Assembly: GCA_027001995.1 (NCBI GenBank)
Contig: JALTLO010000008.1
Location: 1 to 28,219, forward strand
Length of the DNA: 28,219 nt
Direction: 5' to 3'
From: Planctomycetota bacterium
GTDB taxonomy: Bacteria > Planctomycetota > GCA-002687715 > DRQF01
Below the pieces are notes generated by a model. That model was not told where the DNA came from, searched no databases, and saw nothing but the letters and a program-made list of their open reading frames with translations. Below are positions 25,222 to 28,219 of the stretch, in pieces (the stretch's first letter is position 1; each line of letters starts with the position of its first letter). The translations under genes and the position numbers were made by a program.

Positions 25222-25988
25222 GCCTCTTTGCCTGCAAGAATCTGACCAAGAGTTATGGCAAGAAAGTTGTCATCTCCGACGTTGCTTTGCGGGTCGAAGA
25301 GCAAGAAATCGTTGGTCTCTTAGGGCCAAACGGTGCTGGCAAGACCACCACCTTCTCCATGGTCATGGGCCTCATTCGCCCTGACAGTGGGAGCATTCAT
25401 TTCTTAGGTCAAGACATCACAGCCTTCCCTGTGGCCAAACGAGCGCGCTTGGGCATGGGATACTTGGCTCAAGAGCCTTCCGTTTTTCGCAAGCTCAACG
25501 TTCGCGACAACGTCTTGGCGGTGTTGGAATGGGTGCCTGGGCTCTCAGCTCAGGAAAGAACTGGGAAAATGGAGGCTATCTTAGGGGAGCTCAATCTAAC
25601 CAGCTTGGCAACCCAAAGAGCCGATCTTCTCTCAGGTGGAGAAAGAAGGCGCTTGGAAATCGCCAGGATCTTGGTGACTGAACCCAGCTTGGTCCTTCTG
25701 GACGAGCCATTCGCCGGCGTCGACCCCATAGCCGTCGAAGAAATCCAGGCTTTGGTCTGCTCGCTTCGGGACCGGGGTATCAGTATCTTGATCACCGATC
25801 ACAATGTCAGAGAGACCCTGAGCATTACCGATCGCTCTTACATCATCGCCGAGGGTTCGATTCTCAAACATGGCCCAGCCCAAGAGCTGGTGGAAGATGA
25901 GCAAGTTCGCCGTGCCTATCTGGGGAAGAGCTTCACTATGACAGGAATTGAAGCTCCCCTCGCGGCCAAAAAAACCAACGATTCTTAG
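25218..25988 (+). CDS. lptB: LPS export ABC transporter ATPase LptB
   Basis: GLLGPNGAGKTT, RARLGMGYLAQEPSVFRKL, LSGGERRRLEIAR, LLDEPFAGVDPIAV, LITDHNVRETL, VRRAYLG. Confidence 0.96.
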   Translation: MSLFACKNLTKSYGKKVVISDVALRVEEQEIVGLLGPNGAGKTTTFSMVMGLIRPDSGSIHFLGQDITAFPVAKRARLGMGYLAQEPSVFRKLNVRDNVLAVLEWVPGLSAQERTGKMEAILGELNLTSLATQRADLLSGGERRRLEIARILVTEPSLVLLDEPFAGVDPIAVEEIQALVCSLRDRGISILITDHNVRETLSITDRSYIIAEGSILKHGPAQELVEDEQVRRAYLGKSFTMTGIEAPLAAKKTNDS

Positions 25989-26146
25989 TCCCATAACCTC
26001 CCCATCAAGGCGAATTCCCAGGAAGAATTTTCGCCTTTTTGAAGGTTTCAAAACAAAACTCACCCAATCCGCTCCCCAAATCCCTCCTATACCCTATAGA
26101 GGACCCTGCTTTTGGGGTGAATACTCCATGCCCGCTTCTCCTCAAG

Positions 26147-26259
26147 TTTTCCACAAAACCGCAGATGCCATAGACCTTATTAAACTGCATGTTTTATGGG
26201 GGTTAGCAGTGGTTTTCTTCACCTTTATCCACAATCTTTCACTCCATGAACTCTCCACA
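26147..26259 (+). promoter_or_regulatory. Cluster of DnaA-box matches
   Basis: TTTTCCACA (26147-26155), TTATCCACA (26225-26233, perfect) and CTCTCCACA (26251-26259, degenerate), all co-oriented in a relatively AT-rich intergenic region. Confidence 0.55.
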
Positions 26260-26427
26260 AGAACTATGAAAATCACCAATTTGCATAATTAGTCCATTTT
26301 GTAGTGCAAAAGTGGATTGTCCCCCCTACGATCGGGCGAGTTACATCGCCATTGGGGTGAATCGGGGCAAAGTTGCTGCGGGGGACCACCACCAATTATC
26401 CAATGTCTGTGGCTGGGGGAATCGGGA

Positions 26428-27423
26428 ATGGAACGTGGGAATTCTTTTCGCATATTGATTGCAGATGATGATGTGGCCTCGCGGAAGACACTCCAGGGAT
26501 TCTTGGAAGGTCGGGGTTTTGAGGTATGCGCTGCCGAGACAGCTCGTGAAGCCGTTGACCTCCTGTCGAACCGAGAACAAGAGTTGCTCATTTCAGCAAC
26601 GACCATGAAGGAATTCTCTGGATTGGACCTCTTGGCCCGAGCGCAACAAGTCAACCCAGCTTTGGAAGTAATCCTCATGACTGGGTACTTGGATGTGAGT
26701 TTTGCCATCCAGGGTATGCGCAACGGCGCATTTGACTTCTTCCATAAGCCTTTCAATTTCGAGAAAATCGGTTTCGCCGTTGATCGCGCCCATGAACACC
26801 AAGATGTTCGGGCTGATGCCCAGCGATATTTGGTCGAAAAGCGTGAACGGGAATTACAGCAGGAGACCGCCCTTTCCTTGGCACGGGCTGCGGAAGGCCG
26901 GGATCGCCTAAATATTGGTCATGGCCGCAGAGTCGCCGCCTACGCCGTCAAACTGGCCAAGAAGCTGTGCTACAGCAAAGCCAGCTTAGCCCGCCTGGAA
27001 TTGGGCTGTAAATTGCATGACATTGGTAAGATTGGCATCGATGACGCCATCTTGAACAAGACAGGCCCTCTTTCTGAGTCCGAGTTCTCGGCCATGAAAA
27101 GGCACTCCGAGATAGGTGAATACATCATCAAGCCCGTTTCTTTCTTCAGCGAGTTGGTGCCCATCCTTCGGTGGCATCATGAACGTTGGGATGGCAGCGG
27201 CTACCCCGACGGTTTGGCCGAAGACGACATTCCCTTGGACGCTCGTATTGCCTGCCTGTGTGACTTCTTTGATGCAGTCACTTCCGTGCGTCCATACCGC
27301 CGACCATTGACTCTCACAGAAGCTCTCAACCTCGTGATGGAAGAACGTGGTAAGTACTTCGACCCCATGCTCGTAGACTTGTTCATGGAGATCCAATCAC
27401 CCTACGCCGAATCCGTCGCTTAG
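26428..27423 (+). CDS. Receiver + HD-GYP phosphodiesterase (RpfG-like) with atypical receiver
   Basis: Receiver motifs ILIADDD, ILMTGY, HKPF. HD-GYP motifs GHGRRVA, LHDIGK, HHERWDGSGYP, DFFDA, RPYR. Start revised to ATG 26428. Confidence 0.92.
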   Translation: MERGNSFRILIADDDVASRKTLQGFLEGRGFEVCAAETAREAVDLLSNREQELLISATTMKEFSGLDLLARAQQVNPALEVILMTGYLDVSFAIQGMRNGAFDFFHKPFNFEKIGFAVDRAHEHQDVRADAQRYLVEKRERELQQETALSLARAAEGRDRLNIGHGRRVAAYAVKLAKKLCYSKASLARLELGCKLHDIGKIGIDDAILNKTGPLSESEFSAMKRHSEIGEYIIKPVSFFSELVPILRWHHERWDGSGYPDGLAEDDIPLDARIACLCDFFDAVTSVRPYRRPLTLTEALNLVMEERGKYFDPMLVDLFMEIQSPYAESVA

Positions 27424-27497
27424 GTCACGATTCTCCAGTCAGAGACCACAATCCCACGAATAGAGGCTGCAGAGCCTTTGGCAGACGTATTCAAGAA

Positions 27498-27521
27498 GCC
27501 TGGGACTTTCACGTCCCAGGC
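27498..27521. other. Intergenic hairpin
   Basis: GCCTGGGAC-tttcac-GTCCCAGGC, a perfect 9-bp stem with no U-tract. Confidence 0.4.
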
Positions 27522-27587
27522 CCCACCACCTCATTTCGCCCGATCTGCTGGGCAAAATCCAAGAAACCTGCGGCCTAAAGCCGCACC

Positions 27588-27616
27588 TTGTGCCTTGGGC
27601 TCTCAGAAAATAAGAT
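27588..27616 (+). promoter_or_regulatory. Putative sigma70 promoter of etfB
   Basis: TTGTGC-N17-TAAGAT. Confidence 0.45.
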
Positions 27617-27667
27617 TCTGAACCCGAAAACCCTCGTTTACGGCCCACCTCATTACGGAGAATTCCT

Positions 27668-28219
27668 GTGCAAATCACGGTTTGCGTTGCAGTTACGCCA
27701 AGTACGGACACAAAAGTCAAAGTCAGCGACGATGGCAAAAGCCTCGATGTTGCCGATGTGAAGTTCGAACTCAATCCTTACGACGAAATTGCCCTCGAAG
27801 AAGGCCTGCTCTTGCGCGACAAGATCGGCGACAGTTCTGTCGAGGTTGTCACCGTGGGAGATGGCTCCCAAAAGGAGGAGATCCGCAAGTGTTTGGCCCG
27901 GGGGGCTGACTCTGCCACTATCCTCAAGGCTGACATTTCCGCTGCCGATTCCGCCGCCATTGCCTCAACTCTGGCTCAGTTCATTCAAGGGAATGAAAGT
28001 GGCGTGGCCTTCTTCGGTAAACAAGCCGTGGATGGTGACAACAGCCAAGTCCCCACGTTGGTTGCCGCCATGCTTGATTGGCCCATTGTTGCCAAGGTCT
28101 CCAAGCTCGAATTTGACGGCGATGCCTTCAAAGCAGAACGGGAGATCGAGGGAGCTGTTGAGGTCATTGAAGGCACCTTGCCTGCGGTTTTTAGCGCCGA
28201 AAAAGGGCTGAACGATCCG
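27668..28219 (+). CDS. etfB: Electron transfer flavoprotein beta subunit (partial, runs off window)
   Basis: Not in the ORF track. GTG at 27668 with GGAG Shine-Dalgarno gives MQITVCVAVTPSTDTKVKV...LNPYDEIALEEGL...CLARGADSA...FFGKQAVDGDNSQVP...AEREIEGAVE...LPAV...AEKGLNDP. Confidence 0.93.
   Translation, partial: MQITVCVAVTPSTDTKVKVSDDGKSLDVADVKFELNPYDEIALEEGLLLRDKIGDSSVEVVTVGDGSQKEEIRKCLARGADSATILKADISAADSAAIASTLAQFIQGNESGVAFFGKQAVDGDNSQVPTLVAAMLDWPIVAKVSKLEFDGDAFKAEREIEGAVEVIEGTLPAVFSAEKGLNDP

Noticed and set aside
26278..26310. dif-like site (TTGCATAA...)
   Set aside because: There is no XerD arm (TTATGTTAAAT-like) at the 6-bp spacing.
27551..27586. c-di-GMP-I riboswitch-like GGCAAA...GAAA upstream of etfB
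   Set aside because: The stem flanking GAAA does not pair and the GACGCAAA element is absent.
27789..28211. 140-aa ORF from the track
   Set aside because: It is an out-of-frame overlap of etfB, which starts at 27668 and runs off the window.

Overview
Bacterial chromosomal window, most likely from a Planctomycetota/PVC lineage. This is inferred from the lepA-lepB-lepB-lptB order, the long SecE, and the secreted FG-GAP and HEAT proteins. The left end (minus strand) holds tRNA-Thr(UGU), tRNA-Tyr(GUA), tRNA-Thr(GGU), tuf, secE, nusG, rplK, rplA and a partial rplJ, with an L1-type mRNA site before rplA. Next are three tandem secreted 7-bladed FG-GAP beta-propeller paralogs sharing a ~120-aa C-terminal domain I cannot assign. 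These are followed by an Smr-less MutS2, an HU/IHF-family protein, a ComEA-like HhH protein coupled to nadC, an M28 peptidase and a secreted HEAT-repeat protein with a sigma54-like promoter. The right part has an rph-rdgB-lepA-lepB-lepB-lptB operon in which both signal peptidases carry very large inserts, an intergenic region with DnaA boxes, an HD-GYP regulator lacking the phosphoacceptor Asp, and a partial etfB. I saw no mobile elements or CRISPR arrays. The best novelty candidate is a possible lineage-specific export/maturation pathway: the shared C-terminal domain, Gln at +1 after all five predicted signal peptides, and the tandem insert-bearing signal peptidases. The link between these three is inference only. 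All calls come from reading the sequence by eye; no searches were run.
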